A program made the translations under genes and the position numbers. Below are positions 36,331 to 49,074 of a stretch of 64,000 nucleotides of DNA, piece by piece. The notes beneath the pieces are model-generated. The model did no database searches and was not told the DNA's origin. It saw only the letters and a program-made list of their open reading frames with translations. The stretch spans positions 8,990,001 through 9,054,000 of the forward strand of contig OZ024758.1 of the NCBI GenBank assembly GCA_964016885.1, read 5' to 3'. This stretch comes from Eledone cirrhosa (lineage: Eukaryota). Within the stretch, counting starts at the first letter, position 1; each line of letters starts with the position of its first letter.

Positions 36331-39130
36331 GTATGTCAATACGACGTGCCTATGATTCAAAAATTACGGGACCATCTATCATCAATACATCTACAGGGAG
36401 AGAAAAGCTAGTTTTTCTCATAACATGTTTACTTTAAGCTAGACACGAGATAGAAATGCACTGAGTCTATCACTGAGCATATATTTGACTTTTACTGTAT
36501 CTTGTGGTGGTGGGGTTATCAAATACTTTCAACTGTCCAGAGAACAGAATGATTATTACAAAAGAATATTTAATGCAGTGAACATGATGGTCTGAGAAGT
36601 CAAAATATCTGACAACTGATTGAAAGGTCAGGACTTTGAACTTTGTCATTGAAATATTACTTGCCTCAGTCAAACAATGTTGTGAAGTTCATAACCTTAG
36701 GCAGAGAGGCTGAAATTGAAAAACTATGCAACCAAAGTTACCAACTAGATAAAAACAAAAACAAATTCATTCAGATTTTTACTCTACATAGTTCCATGTC
36801 TCATGGTACTGTGAGTAGTTCAAATACATAAGGAGACAAAAAACTAAATACTAACACGTAGTATGGATCCTTCACACACATCCACAGATGCAAAACCTTG
36901 AACACACCGTCAGTGTTGTATCCTGGAGTCACTGAGTGTTTGGGGCCTTAAAAATATACACCCGTATCCAGGAGACCCCACTGATGTCGAACAAGCCTCA
37001 GTCTGTGTCCATGTAGTATACATACTACTGACCTTATTGGTCACCATTCTTCAGCTACAGCCATCTAAATGCCCTCTCTACTGCTTCCATATTGTTCCTG
37101 TTCGCTTTCCTCCTGCAGAGAGACATCAGGAACACTCAACTATTCTGCAAAAAGAGTGTGTTTACCATATAGATCACCAACACTAGAGAGGTTGTGCTGT
37201 GACACAACTGAAGGGTTCTCACAACTCTTTCTAAGCATGGTTTCTACAGCAGTGTGCCCTTCCTGTCACTAACCATCTTACAGGGTATATTTCCGTATCT
37301 AAGCATAAATACATTTCTATAAGCAGGGTAGCATTTATCACTTGAATTAATTCTATTATATTATTGACACTTATTTCCATGGAGTGGTAAATGGCAAGGT
37401 TTGATCCTGGCAGGATTTAAAGAAATGAAACAAATATTTGCCAAACAGACAAGAAGCTTGAGATATTTATGAGGAAATAACCAGGAAATGATGACCCTGC
37501 TTGTCTCATAGTAAACAGTGGCTGATGTGATGATCATCGGAAGGATGACTTAAGAAGAAGTTTCTACATTTCTCAGAGGTATTAGCATCAAGAGTAAAGT
37601 GAAATAAAATATAGTCATCTATTATCCATAGAGAAGAGATGACAGGCAGTCAACTCTCACATACACAGAGTAAACAATGAAATCTTATACACTATTACAA
37701 ACAATGTACAACATGAATATTTAAAAATGTGTTTTAATATATTTGTGCTTTGATTTTTACTACACTAATTTTCTATTAACCCTAAATATGTTAGTATGAT
37801 CATATTTTTAATTTCTCCCTTAGTCTTGTATTGGTGATAAAAAAGCGTCAGATAATAATAATACACATGTACAATATATATACTTAAGCACCTCCAATCC
37901 CCAAACAGAAGCTTATGATTAGAAATTATATTTTTGTAGAATTGGGTTTGCCAATTACTAAATATATGCATTGTTAATTATTCCCTTCTTACTTTTAGTT
38001 AACCTATCTCTAGCATATATCTGTAGTTTTTGGAAGTTAATACCAGATACCTAAACAAAGAATTTAAAGAGATTAGTGAAGTCTATGTTGGCAAACATTA
38101 GACCAGTAAACTTGAGTTGTGAAAGGAAATGTGTGTCAGTCAATTTTTATATTATCTATATGGTGTAAAACTGGATAAATTTTGTTGGATTAACAATGAG
38201 CCTAGTTTTATGATTACTGAAAGGTAAGTGAATGAGTTATAGATTACCTTTTGAAGTTCAATGAAAGATATTATTTGGAAAATACATGAAATGGAATTTT
38301 AACACTGAGAGAGAGAGGATTTCAGAATATTTTAGTAATATAAATGATATGCATTAATAATCTTTTTTTTTTTTTGGTTTAAAAGAGTTAAGTTAGAAAT
38401 TGATACTCACAAACAATATTTTGTTTTGGAGGGAAGTAGCGTTTGTTTCTCATTATCTATAGTGTCTATATTGTTAGACATTATTTCTCTAATAGAGATG
38501 TAACCAATATGATATAGCTTTAGTGAACATTCAACTCTACTAAGCTTTCATATAAACTAATTTCACTGTACTATAATACTCCTGCTATAAACAAGCATGC
38601 CATCTATATATATATAATATAAATCAAATCAAATGTAACAGCTGACAATACCCTCTTCAAGACACTGATTCAACAATGCCTACTTCAACATACCAATGAC
38701 CTGTTACATTTACAGATCTCAAGCTATACATATCAATAGGTTAGAAGCAATGAAACATTAATAATAAAAATACTTAAAACATTTTAAAAAAAGAAGAAAA
38801 GGAGATGGTAACAATTCAAAGAGATATTTATGGACTTTGGACATTGAGAGAGAGAGAGAGAGAGCTAACAGTAAAAGTGTGAAATGTAATACATAAAATG
38901 GGTTGAACGTACTAGTAAGAGTATTTCAAAGTTTATTAACTTCTTAAAATAGAAAACAACTGCACTTATTAAATAGTCATTTCTGGTAGAAATATATTGA
39001 TTGTTAAAATTAACTTTCCATTCAGGGAGGAAAGATCTGCTGGATATGTTTGTGATATTGTTCTCACCTTCCTCATAAAATAATTAGAAAATTTCATTTT
39101 CAGTATCAGTTTCTGTTAAAATTTAGCATA

Positions 39131-39326
39131 TATCATATATACTCGAATATAAACTGAGGAATATGTGACCAAAATATTGATGGTGAAGGGAGTTGGCTTA
39201 TATTGAGGATCAATATTTTGACGATTTTCACCAACTTCAAATTCTATGGAAATATGGTTTCGATTTTTGCCCATTTTTCAGACATATAATAGTGGGGGGT
39301 TGGCTTATATTCGAGTATATACGGTA
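39131..39326. mobile_element. pogo/Tigger-like MITE, same TIR type as 12007
   Basis: TATCATATATACTCGAATATAA ... TTATATTCGAGTATATACGGTA. Confidence 0.78.
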
Positions 39327-40502
39327 CTTCTGATAGGATCATTTGGAAGGTGCATCTGAGGATTCTGTCCCCCTCCACATGCCACCACCACCCTCTCAGG
39401 GCAAAAAAAGAAATATTTAGCACGTATCTGCTCTCTGATCACAGACAAGCTGTTTTGGAAGTGTTGTTTACTCAATATGTTGTGCTTCAGAATAGCAAGC
39501 TAACAAAAATACTTGAAATAATTTATGAAAGTAGATAAAACTTGAAAGCAGAGAGAGAAAATATATACTTTCTATATGTAAAGATTTTTATTCTAGAAAC
39601 TTCTTTTTGCAGTAAATTAATAATTTGCAACACACATTAGTTTGCCTTCTGAGATCTAATATTCAGAGCTTAGATGACAAACCCCAAGAAGATCTAGGGT
39701 TGTTCAGCTTTATATCAGTTTCTTAGGGGTCTTTATTTTTTATAAGAAGGCTTAAAAGGTATTCCTTTTGAACAATATACACCTAAAACATTTTGGGTGG
39801 ATGCTGTCTCAAATAGTATGAACTACACAGCCGAGTTGCGTGGTTAAGAAGTTCATAGTCTCAGGTTGTATCTCACTGTATGACACTATATAAATACATT
39901 ACAAATGAATTTCATAGAGGAAAATATTTAGAAAGTCTGCCATATGAATGTGTGTATGTGTAAACTTCATCTTTTAAACAGCTGTCATTTTCAAAGGGTT
40001 GGGGAGGACTCTTCAGTTGTCAAAGACATGACAACCTCTGTAGTGTTGATGATCTACATGATAAACACATCCAGCTGTAGAAAATCTGCTAAACTAAGGG
40101 CTGAGCAGGTTCTTCAACTGTGTCAAAGAATAAAATGTACTGGGTAGAGTGAAGGAACATATGTGAGATAGCCTCCTCTCCACCACACACAAACACATCT
40201 GAGAGATGTATATGTAAATGGTAAAGGGTTAAACAGTCTTATTGATAAGACTACTGAGTTATTAAGTAAACAACTATTCTCTCTACATTGACTATTAAAA
40301 TTGTTCAGACCAAAATAAAATTACATTGAAACATTTTATTATTATTATCTTAACCCTAATGTTAATCCATTTAGCCCCACGCCAGACTTAATTGAGCAGA
40401 CCTATGATCAAAGATGCTCCAACCATGAACATCCCATCTTTTATTCATGCAAACATAGTCCAGTAGCTGCTGAGGGATTTGTAGAGATGACATATTGACA
40501 TA

Positions 40503-40788
40503 AGCATTTCTAGGGCATTTTTAAACCTAACGGAACTCATCTCTTCTCCAGGTCTGAATACAGCAGATTTCTTCCAGAGATGGATATAGTGAGAGAGAAT
40601 ACAAGCGAGAAAGAGCTATAGAGGAAGAATCGACCCCACTACTTGACTGGCACTTTTTTTATCAACCTTAAATGGATGAAACACAAAGTTGACCATGGCA
40701 GGATTTGAACTCAGCGAACAGAGAGTCGGAATTAATATTGCAAAGCATTCTATCCAACATTCTAACAGCTCTGCCAATTCTCCACCTT
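40503..40788 (-). mobile_element. SINE family A, long-tail variant, inserted into another dispersed repeat
   Basis: reverse complement of the 29775 copy; flanks resemble the GAGCAGACCTATGATCAAAG..GCTATTTCTAGCAGG repeat also seen at about 52840, 56510, 59800(-) and 60230. Confidence 0.8.
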
Positions 40789-43532
40789 AGCTTTTATTCA
40801 TACACAGTGTATAAGAAGACTACAATGTGTCCTTTCTTTATAGACAGTAGGGTGTCATTAGCTATTTTTAGTAGGTAGAGCAACTACTTAGAAGCTCATG
40901 TGTTGATGTGTTGTTCAGAGTGATAGAAAGATAAAACATATTGAAGTCAATGGTACTTTATAAAGAAAAAATGAAAATAGACAATAGATCAATAGGTATT
41001 AGTAAGGGCATCCAGCCATAGAAAAATAAACCCAAAATAGAACATATGAGCAAGACCTGGTCACCTAACTTGTCTATCCTCATGTTACAAACCCATCTAA
41101 CCAATGCAAGCTTGGGAAATAGACATTAAACAGTGGTGTTGATGGTGATGATGATCATGAGTCCAAATGAATATTGTGATAATTACTGCAAACTGCCAGT
41201 TACACTCTGAAATCAGCACAATGTACAGATTATCTCAGAAAATATATTATGGTTTAACAATCAAAATCATGCTGAGATACAACAATAGTTTAATACAAAG
41301 AGAATAGTTGGAAGACATAATGACTATAAGATTGGACAAAGATAACCACAGCAACAATGAAATCATTTCAGATGAAGAACCAATCTCTAAGAATGAGCTG
41401 ACAAACAAGAGAAATTATATTACAGAAAGTCTGTAACCAAATGTAAAATCACAAATGATCTCAGTAGGGAATAATTCTGTAATAACCAATGAAGAATATA
41501 CAATCATATTATAAACTCGTTTTAACAAGTTTGAAGTTAATTGGTTCTCCATCATATAGCCTAAGATTTTAAATGTTTTCTTCAGATAAGAAACAAGAAA
41601 TATGGGATGACAATGTGAGTTGTAGGATCAATATAATATGAACATCTTGTAATAATTTAGCAGAAAAAAATCTAAAAACAGTTTTGTTAATTGAAATGTT
41701 TGTAGTATCTTTACTAGAAGACAGATCAGTGCAAAAATTTGCAGTAAACTAAAGACTTAAATTCTTAATGTGATGTAGAAAAAGGAAGTTGCAAACCTTA
41801 AGGTAAATATGAAGAATCAGTGAATGAAAAATTTGAAAAATGATAGTAGGTGTTCAGTCAATTTGTTGGTGATAATAGAAGAATGATTTAAATAGATTAG
41901 AAAAATTAGAGGAAAATTAAGGGAATTAATTAATTGCATAAAGAAATCAGATGGGTGGATGCTGTCTAATTACATTAGTAAAGAACTGACACCTCTAGGA
42001 AGCATCAATGTAGTTCAACACTACTGGAAGAGGCCAAAGTAGTTGCAACATCCAGTCAACAGATGATGAAGAGAATGTTTACTCGTTGTATAAAATATGT
42101 AAAATATAACAAACGTTTAAAGGCCACCATGTTGGTTATGAAGCTTATTATGGAGACCACACACTGTATCTAACGTGTCCTTTTAAGACAGTAAGATATG
42201 ATTTCAGGAAGACTTGGCTATTACTTCGGGTATCGTTATTTCTCTTTTAGGGTTGAAAAAAAAAGGGGGGGGGTTACTGAAGTCGACTTAAAACCCGCTA
42301 TTATCCCACCGAAGTCTATTTACCTTCCACCTCCCTATGGTTAATAAATGCTAGTCAAGGAAGGGTCAATTGAATCTACTACACTTCTGATAAATTTACA
42401 GCATTGAGTCGATATTAGAAATTATTATTATTACTACAGGTTTCTCAATGAAAATACGTTGTATATATATTTAAATAAATGATTGTTTTCATATGAAATA
42501 GAATATTATATGTTGTATTTGTGATAAATATAGCATTATTTTATATATTTTATTATTTTTTATTTAGAATTTCTTAAAAATGTTAATTTGAATCCACAAT
42601 TAGTAATCTTATATGTAATTGAAAAACATTGTTAAATCTTTACTGTAATTAAACCGTATCATTCGTTCAACAGCGACTCTAATAATCTATCAGAGAAATT
42701 TACAGTGTGTGTGTATATGTGTGACGTCCGAACGAGTATCCTCCGCCTCTTGGTCGACAGGATGGAGAAGACATTTCCCCCCGGAGGATGGCGAGGGAGA
42801 GGCATTGAATCAGCCATTCCACTTCAGGGGCGCGGGGGGGGGGGGGGGTGCTGCACCCGAGGGCAGCAAACTCCGCTCTGATAGCAGTGAGCAAAAATGA
42901 GGTCCGGGGGACCCAAAATGCCGAAGTTTCCACTGCTACAGATTCTACCACAAGCCCAGTTTGATGTTTCTTATAAAATGATCAAGCCAAAGAACGAAAG
43001 CTAAGATAGTAAATGAAAAGTAGATGCAAAAAGGTGCCGAACACATGTACAAGTTAAAAATGAACAGTGAAATCAATTGAAAACTGAAAGCAAAATTAAT
43101 TATTTATTTAGACAAGATACATTTCAGCTTTAATAGATAGATATGAAAAAAAAAATCGAATGTTGTATCGGTAAAATTTTTCTCAGCTTTAAGGATAGAA
43201 AGATATTTGGTAATTGCGGGTGGAAACTCAGTGACCTAAATACTGCCACCATACAAACAGTAAACAAAAATAATAGTAAAACTGTGTCCACTGAAAAAAA
43301 ATGTCTTGGTGACATGTTGGTAGGACAATGTCAGCATGACGTAGTAAATGTTAATGTGTCAGTGAGGGGACAATGTCGGGACAATGTCGCAGATACGAGA
43401 AACGTGGCCGTGATGACGACGACGATTAAATAAGTTGCTTTCATCTTTGTGGCAATGGTAAAATAAATAAATAACAATACGATGGAACGAGTGAAGCAAC
43501 TGCACCTTCTTAAAAAAAACAACAAAAGCAAC

Positions 43533-44192
43533 TTTATTTCTCGTAATCTTATGGTATAACACGAATTATTTCCTCGCAATCTTATGGTATAACACGAATT
43601 ATTTCCTCGCAATCTTATGGTATTACACGAATTATTTCCTCGCAATCTTATGGTATTACACGAATTATTTTCTCGCAATCTTATGGTATTACACGAATTA
43701 TTTCCTCGCAATCTTATGGTATAACACGAATTATTTTCTCGCAATCTTATGGTATAACACGAATTATTTCCTCGCAATCTTATGGTATAACACGAATTAT
43801 TTTCTCGCAATCTTATGGTATTACACGAATTATTTCCTCGCAATCTTATGGTATAACACGAATTATTTCCTCGCAATCTTATGGTATAACGCGAATTATT
43901 TTCTTGCAATCTTATGGTATAACACGAATTATTTTCTCGCAATCTTATGGTATTACACGAATTATTTCCTCGCAATCTTATGGTATAACACGAATTATTT
44001 CCTCGCAATCTTATGGTATAACACGAATTATTTTCTCGCAATCTTATGGTATTACACGAATTATTTTCTCGCAATCTTATGGTATTACACGAATTATTTT
44101 CTCGCAATCTTATGGTATTAGACGAATTATTTCCTCGCAATCTTATGGTATTACACGAATTATTTCCTCGCAATCTTATGGTATTAGACGAA
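43533..44192. repeat. 33-bp minisatellite, about 20 copies
   Basis: unit TCGCAATCTTATGGTAT(A/T)ACACGAATTATTT(C/T)C. Confidence 0.97.
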
Positions 44193-45905
44193 ACGGTAAA
44201 TTCTTATAAGATTAGTGTCTATCTCTGGATTCTGTAACATTAGGAGGGAGAAAATATAAATTTAAACCAACAGGATATTAGTTTATCGCATGTAACATTC
44301 TGTTATACCAACAGCTATTTGGGCTGAGGCATGAGTAATTTTAACTGTTATAGTGACACAAGGCTTGTGAATATAAAACTGCGATTAATATTGCAATAAT
44401 AATTTTATTGCCAAGGGCAATTTTCACTCTTCTAAAATCTGGGACATAGTGGAATTGTCAATTTATACAATGCAGCAGCGCTGTACAATAAAACACAGGG
44501 TCGCACCCTGCTGTCTTCCACAGAGGGTGACGATGGACAATGCAGAAGCTGATGCTCATAGTTCTGCATGGATGGTACAAGTGGATTTCAAAAAAGCGTC
44601 CATATTCCTAAACTATATTACAACAATGGACGCAACGTCCTGGACTTATGACATGATTTGACTTGACAAAAATATAGTTAACGGGTTAATTGGTAAGGCA
44701 ATATAGAATGGGTGTACGGAAAAGAGAGCCTAAAATATGAAAGACCTGAAGAATCGTGTGAGGTTCACGGGGTGACAGTGTAAAGGTAGGATGTCGCGGA
44801 TATGTAGGTAGGATCCACTGCATTCTACCTTCCTGTGGAGTAGAAAATGATTCGTATCGGACATGGCAGAAGTATTTGAAAACCCAAACAGAGACCCCAA
44901 GAACAAATCCTTAGTGAGGACTAAACTACATAGTTGCTAGAAAGTTGGAGTGGTTATAACAGCACCTGGATTGTTTATGGTGGCTGTGTGTATAACGACA
45001 TTCCGATAATATTAATGCTGCTTGACACAATTGGAGAGATCGAGTTGATTAATATAGCATCATTGTATTACATCGTTTCCATGTGTTGTTTTCCCCCTGT
45101 TGACTTGGAGTGTATGTATAGTCTTTTACTGTAGAAAATTAATATTCGTTGACGAAAAAAAAAATCTTTGACACAAAACAAAACCCTTGCTAGTCAAAGA
45201 AAGGCTTCACCTATTTCCTGTAGCGGTTCTCTGTGAAATGAAATATTTGATCAAATGATACCTCCAAGTTCTGTTGAGGAATTTAGGATTCACATTATCT
45301 GCATAGTTCACCGAGCTGATAAGAGATGCATATTCCTTCTAGTTCAGTGATTAACATTAGGCGCATCTAGTCGTGAAATACTTTTTTTAAAACCAGGAAC
45401 TAATTAAAGTTAGGGGATTTACAGCAATTATTTGGGGGAGCGAGGCAAACAGCTGCTATAGACAAGGTTGTTCAGATGGGTAAACATAGTCTCAATTAGG
45501 ATTAAGTTTGCAAGTGGGGATCAGTTGTCAGGTTGATACCATTGAGTGATTTTGAATCGGACAGTCAATATTTTTTGAAATTTTCGCCTTCGGACGTTAA
45601 TTTTGTGATTAAATATTACACGTATATATATATATATATATATATATATAATGTAGGAGGTGAATTTTATTGTAGCACAAATCATCCCATGATGATATTT
45701 GTTTTTGAAATGCGCATAATAAAATACTTGGAACTCTTTTAACCATCTTTTGATCTTATATTATATATATATATATATATATATCCAAAATTAAGATAAA
45801 TTAAATGAATTCAATCTAAATCGAAATTGTGGGTGTCACGCCTTAACGGTTTGCGCCATATCGCCCGGAAAATAAGCTCAAGCACTTTGTAGGTGCGAGC
45901 ATTTA

Positions 45906-46174
45906 ATAACTATGAATTGATCAACATATATATTAAAAAAAATATAAACATGAATAATCACAGGAGATCATTTTTACAAGCGTGTAACCACGCATGGCTA
46001 GTAGGTAACAAATAAATAAAGTGAACTAGAACTTCAAAAATTTTTTGAAGTTCTAGTTAACTTTATTTATTTGTTACCTACTAGCCATGCGTGGTTACAC
46101 GCTTGTAAAAATGATCTCCTGTGATTATTCATGTTTATATTTTTTTATATATATGTTGATCAATTCATAGTTAT
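45906..46174. repeat. Near-perfect palindrome, arms about 134 bp
   Basis: centre CTTCAAAAA|TTTTTTGAAG at about 46040; arms are reverse complements with few differences. Confidence 0.95.
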
Positions 46175-46225
46175 ATATATATATATATATAAAAGACGTA
46201 AAATAAGAAAATTTTAAAAAATTAA

Positions 46226-46254
<29 letters not shown>

Positions 46255-46262
<8 letters not shown>

Positions 46263-46594
46263 AGATCAAAAGATGGTTAAAGGAGTTCCATATATTTTAT
46301 TATGCGCATTTCAAAAACAAACATCATCAAACAATAATATTTGTGTTTTCATCAGATAAAACAGGAGAACATGATATGAAGGCTAAAAAAAACCCTTGTT
46401 GATAGTGCAGTTTTAAATCAACATATGTTGATTTAAAACTGCACTATCAACAAAGGTTTTTTTTAGCCTTCATATCATGTTCTCCTGTTTTATCTGATGA
46501 AAACACAAATATTATTGTTTGATGATGTTTGTTTTTGAAATGCGCATAATAAAATATATGGAACTCCTTTAACCATCTTTTGATCTTATATTAT
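46255..46594. repeat. Spacerless palindrome, 170-bp arms
   Basis: centre CAACAT|ATGTTG at 46424/46425; one mismatch seen. Confidence 0.96.
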
Positions 46595-46677
46595 GCATAC
46601 TCCAGTCCCACAAACTGTAGAGTGCTTCTTATCCGATATCTGCATTGCTTTATTGTACTACAATAAAACTCACCTCC

Positions 46678-46725
<48 letters not shown>

Positions 46726-47518
46726 ACATCACGCAACTTAAAATAACAATATTTCAAAACAAATGCTGGAAAGTCTGCAGCAATTCAACACATACTATTT
46801 ATCTGTGTACAATTGCCACCTGTGTTCTGTTTGTTCATTTTCAACTCTATACATATATTGTGAAACAGATTCATTAGTTTAAACAATACATTCAAATAAT
46901 ATACCTTTCAGAGTTACCTCCCTTCTGGCGAGCGTTAGTGTGGATGTTAGAACCTCTCACACAATTATATACGAGGGAAACTACGTAGTCGTTCTCCTTG
47001 CTAGACATCAGCTAAATTACGGTCAAATCACACCATAATGTCTTAATAAAAAGGAAGAACACACTGGATAATGTAGTCTGTGATACACCCTGCCTAGAAG
47101 AAGACGTTGGTCCGACTTTGATGACTGGTAATAGGTCCCTCAATTAAGACTGATTTGGAGTTAACAACAATCGAAAACAACGCACTAACATACCATGTTG
47201 AAAATACTGGCATTAAAATTTTGGATTACGATAGAAGTCTAGTTCTACTTGCATTAGTGTTTAGATTATGAGTTTAAGGCTAGATTGGATTTGGGTGTCA
47301 GGTAAAATGTGAACATATCTTTCACAATTCTTTTTAACAGGATAGAATAAGTAAAAATATGAATAATACAAGAATCTGTATATATTGATATTTCCATTTT
47401 TACTGTAGCAAACAATGCGGCAAGACATCAAAATTCTTAAAATCACACTTTCAAGGTACAAAGATATACGTTAAGGATGAAAGCAGCGATTCTTTGCTTA
47501 AACTGCTCTTATAATATA

Positions 47519-47557
<39 letters not shown>

Positions 47558-48423
47558 TATAGAAATGACTTCTACATGACTAGAACTGTTTCATTCGTAA
47601 AAAATCATCAAGAATTTCCTGATGATTTCATACGAATGAAACAGTTCTAACCAACGTAGTGACCTTTTTATACTGTGCTTAATCCCCGACACAACTCGGG
47701 AACCTATATATATATATATATATATATAACGAAGGAAATGTGGTAAGGAACCAGGTGGACCATAACACACCAAAGTACTCAATACTTAGGGTAGTAGAGT
47801 GGTTAATAGGAACGAGTAGGACCCCTACTCGTTCCTATATACATATATATATAGGAACGAGTAGGACCCCTACTCGATATATATGTTATGGAATACTGTT
47901 AGCTTCTCGCTACAATTTCTATACTTTTCATTTATATATATATATATATATGTGTGTATGTATGTTAAATCTTATAGCATCTTATTGGTGTTGACTGGCA
48001 TAATAGATAGGTAAATGTAATCTAGCGTTTATATAAATATGTATGTGTGTGTGTACCTGTAACTCTTGGTCGAGTGGTTGGGGCGCCACAGTTACATACA
48101 CTGTACACAATCATTTCTTTACCATTATGATACGGCGTTTCTTGGATTTTTTTTTTTTTTTTTTTTAAACCTGGCGGATCGCATCCCCTATCCCGGTCTG
48201 AACACAATCGATTTCTTCCAGAGAAAAAGAGTAATAGGGATCGAAGTGAGAAAGAGACATAGAGGAAGAAACGGTCCTACTATTGGACAGGTACTTTATT
48301 TATCAACTTCGAAATTATGAAAGGCAAAACTGACCCCGGCAGAAAGCCGGAACGAATACCGCAAAGCGTTCTATCTGACGTTCTAACGAGTTTCCCAATT
48401 CGCTGCCTTCGTTATATACACAC

Positions 48424-48464
<41 letters not shown>

Positions 48465-48475
<11 letters not shown>

Positions 48476-48830
48476 TGTGTGTATGTATACAGACCCCACC
48501 CCCCTCCTGCCTTCATTATATACACACGCACAATTATATAGTGTATGTGTGTGTGTATACAGACCCCCCTCCCTGCCTTCATTATATACACACGCCCATA
48601 TATATGGTGTGTGTGTATACAGACCCCCCCCCTCCTGCTTTCATTATATACACACGCACATATATATGGTGTATACAGAGACCCCCCCCCCCTGCCTTCG
48701 TTATATACACACTCACATATATATGGTGTATATACAACCCTCGCCTAACTTCATTATATAAACACGTATATATATATATATATATATATATGGTGTGTGT
48801 GTACAGACACCTCCCCACCCCTGCCTTCTC
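48465..48830. repeat. About 60-bp degenerate minisatellite with poly-C and TA/GT tracts, about 6 copies
   Basis: GGTGTGTGTATACAGACCCCCCCCCTGCCTTCATTATATACACACGCACATATATAT-like unit. Confidence 0.88.
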
Positions 48831-48968
48831 CCACTATATCAATAAATTATTAAAAGCTTTATATCTATAAAATAATGTTCTCAACAAATATATAGCACCC
48901 CGATCGTTTGTAAATTAGTCTCGGTCATAGAGACAAGGTATGTAGAACTTCATAGCTATAACTATGAA

Positions 48969-49074
48969 TAATTGTTTCTACTTTAGGCACAAGGCCAGCA
49001 ATTCCCCAGTGCATTACTGGTACTTTATTTTATTGACCCCGTAAGGATGAAAGGCAAAGTCAACCTCGGCGGGA
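48969..49074 (-). mobile_element. 5'-truncated SINE family A with 16-bp TSD
   Basis: TATAACTATGAATAAT at 48957-48972 and 49075-49090. Confidence 0.9.

Noticed and set aside
42720-42960. GC-rich patch with short ORFs on both strands
   Set aside because: No splice sites or homology recognised; probably a TE fragment, unclassifiable by eye
43331-44173. 280-aa ORF of 11-aa repeats resembling a leucine-rich or solenoid repeat
   Set aside because: Product of a 33-bp minisatellite; open in several frames; no codon-position bias or splice context
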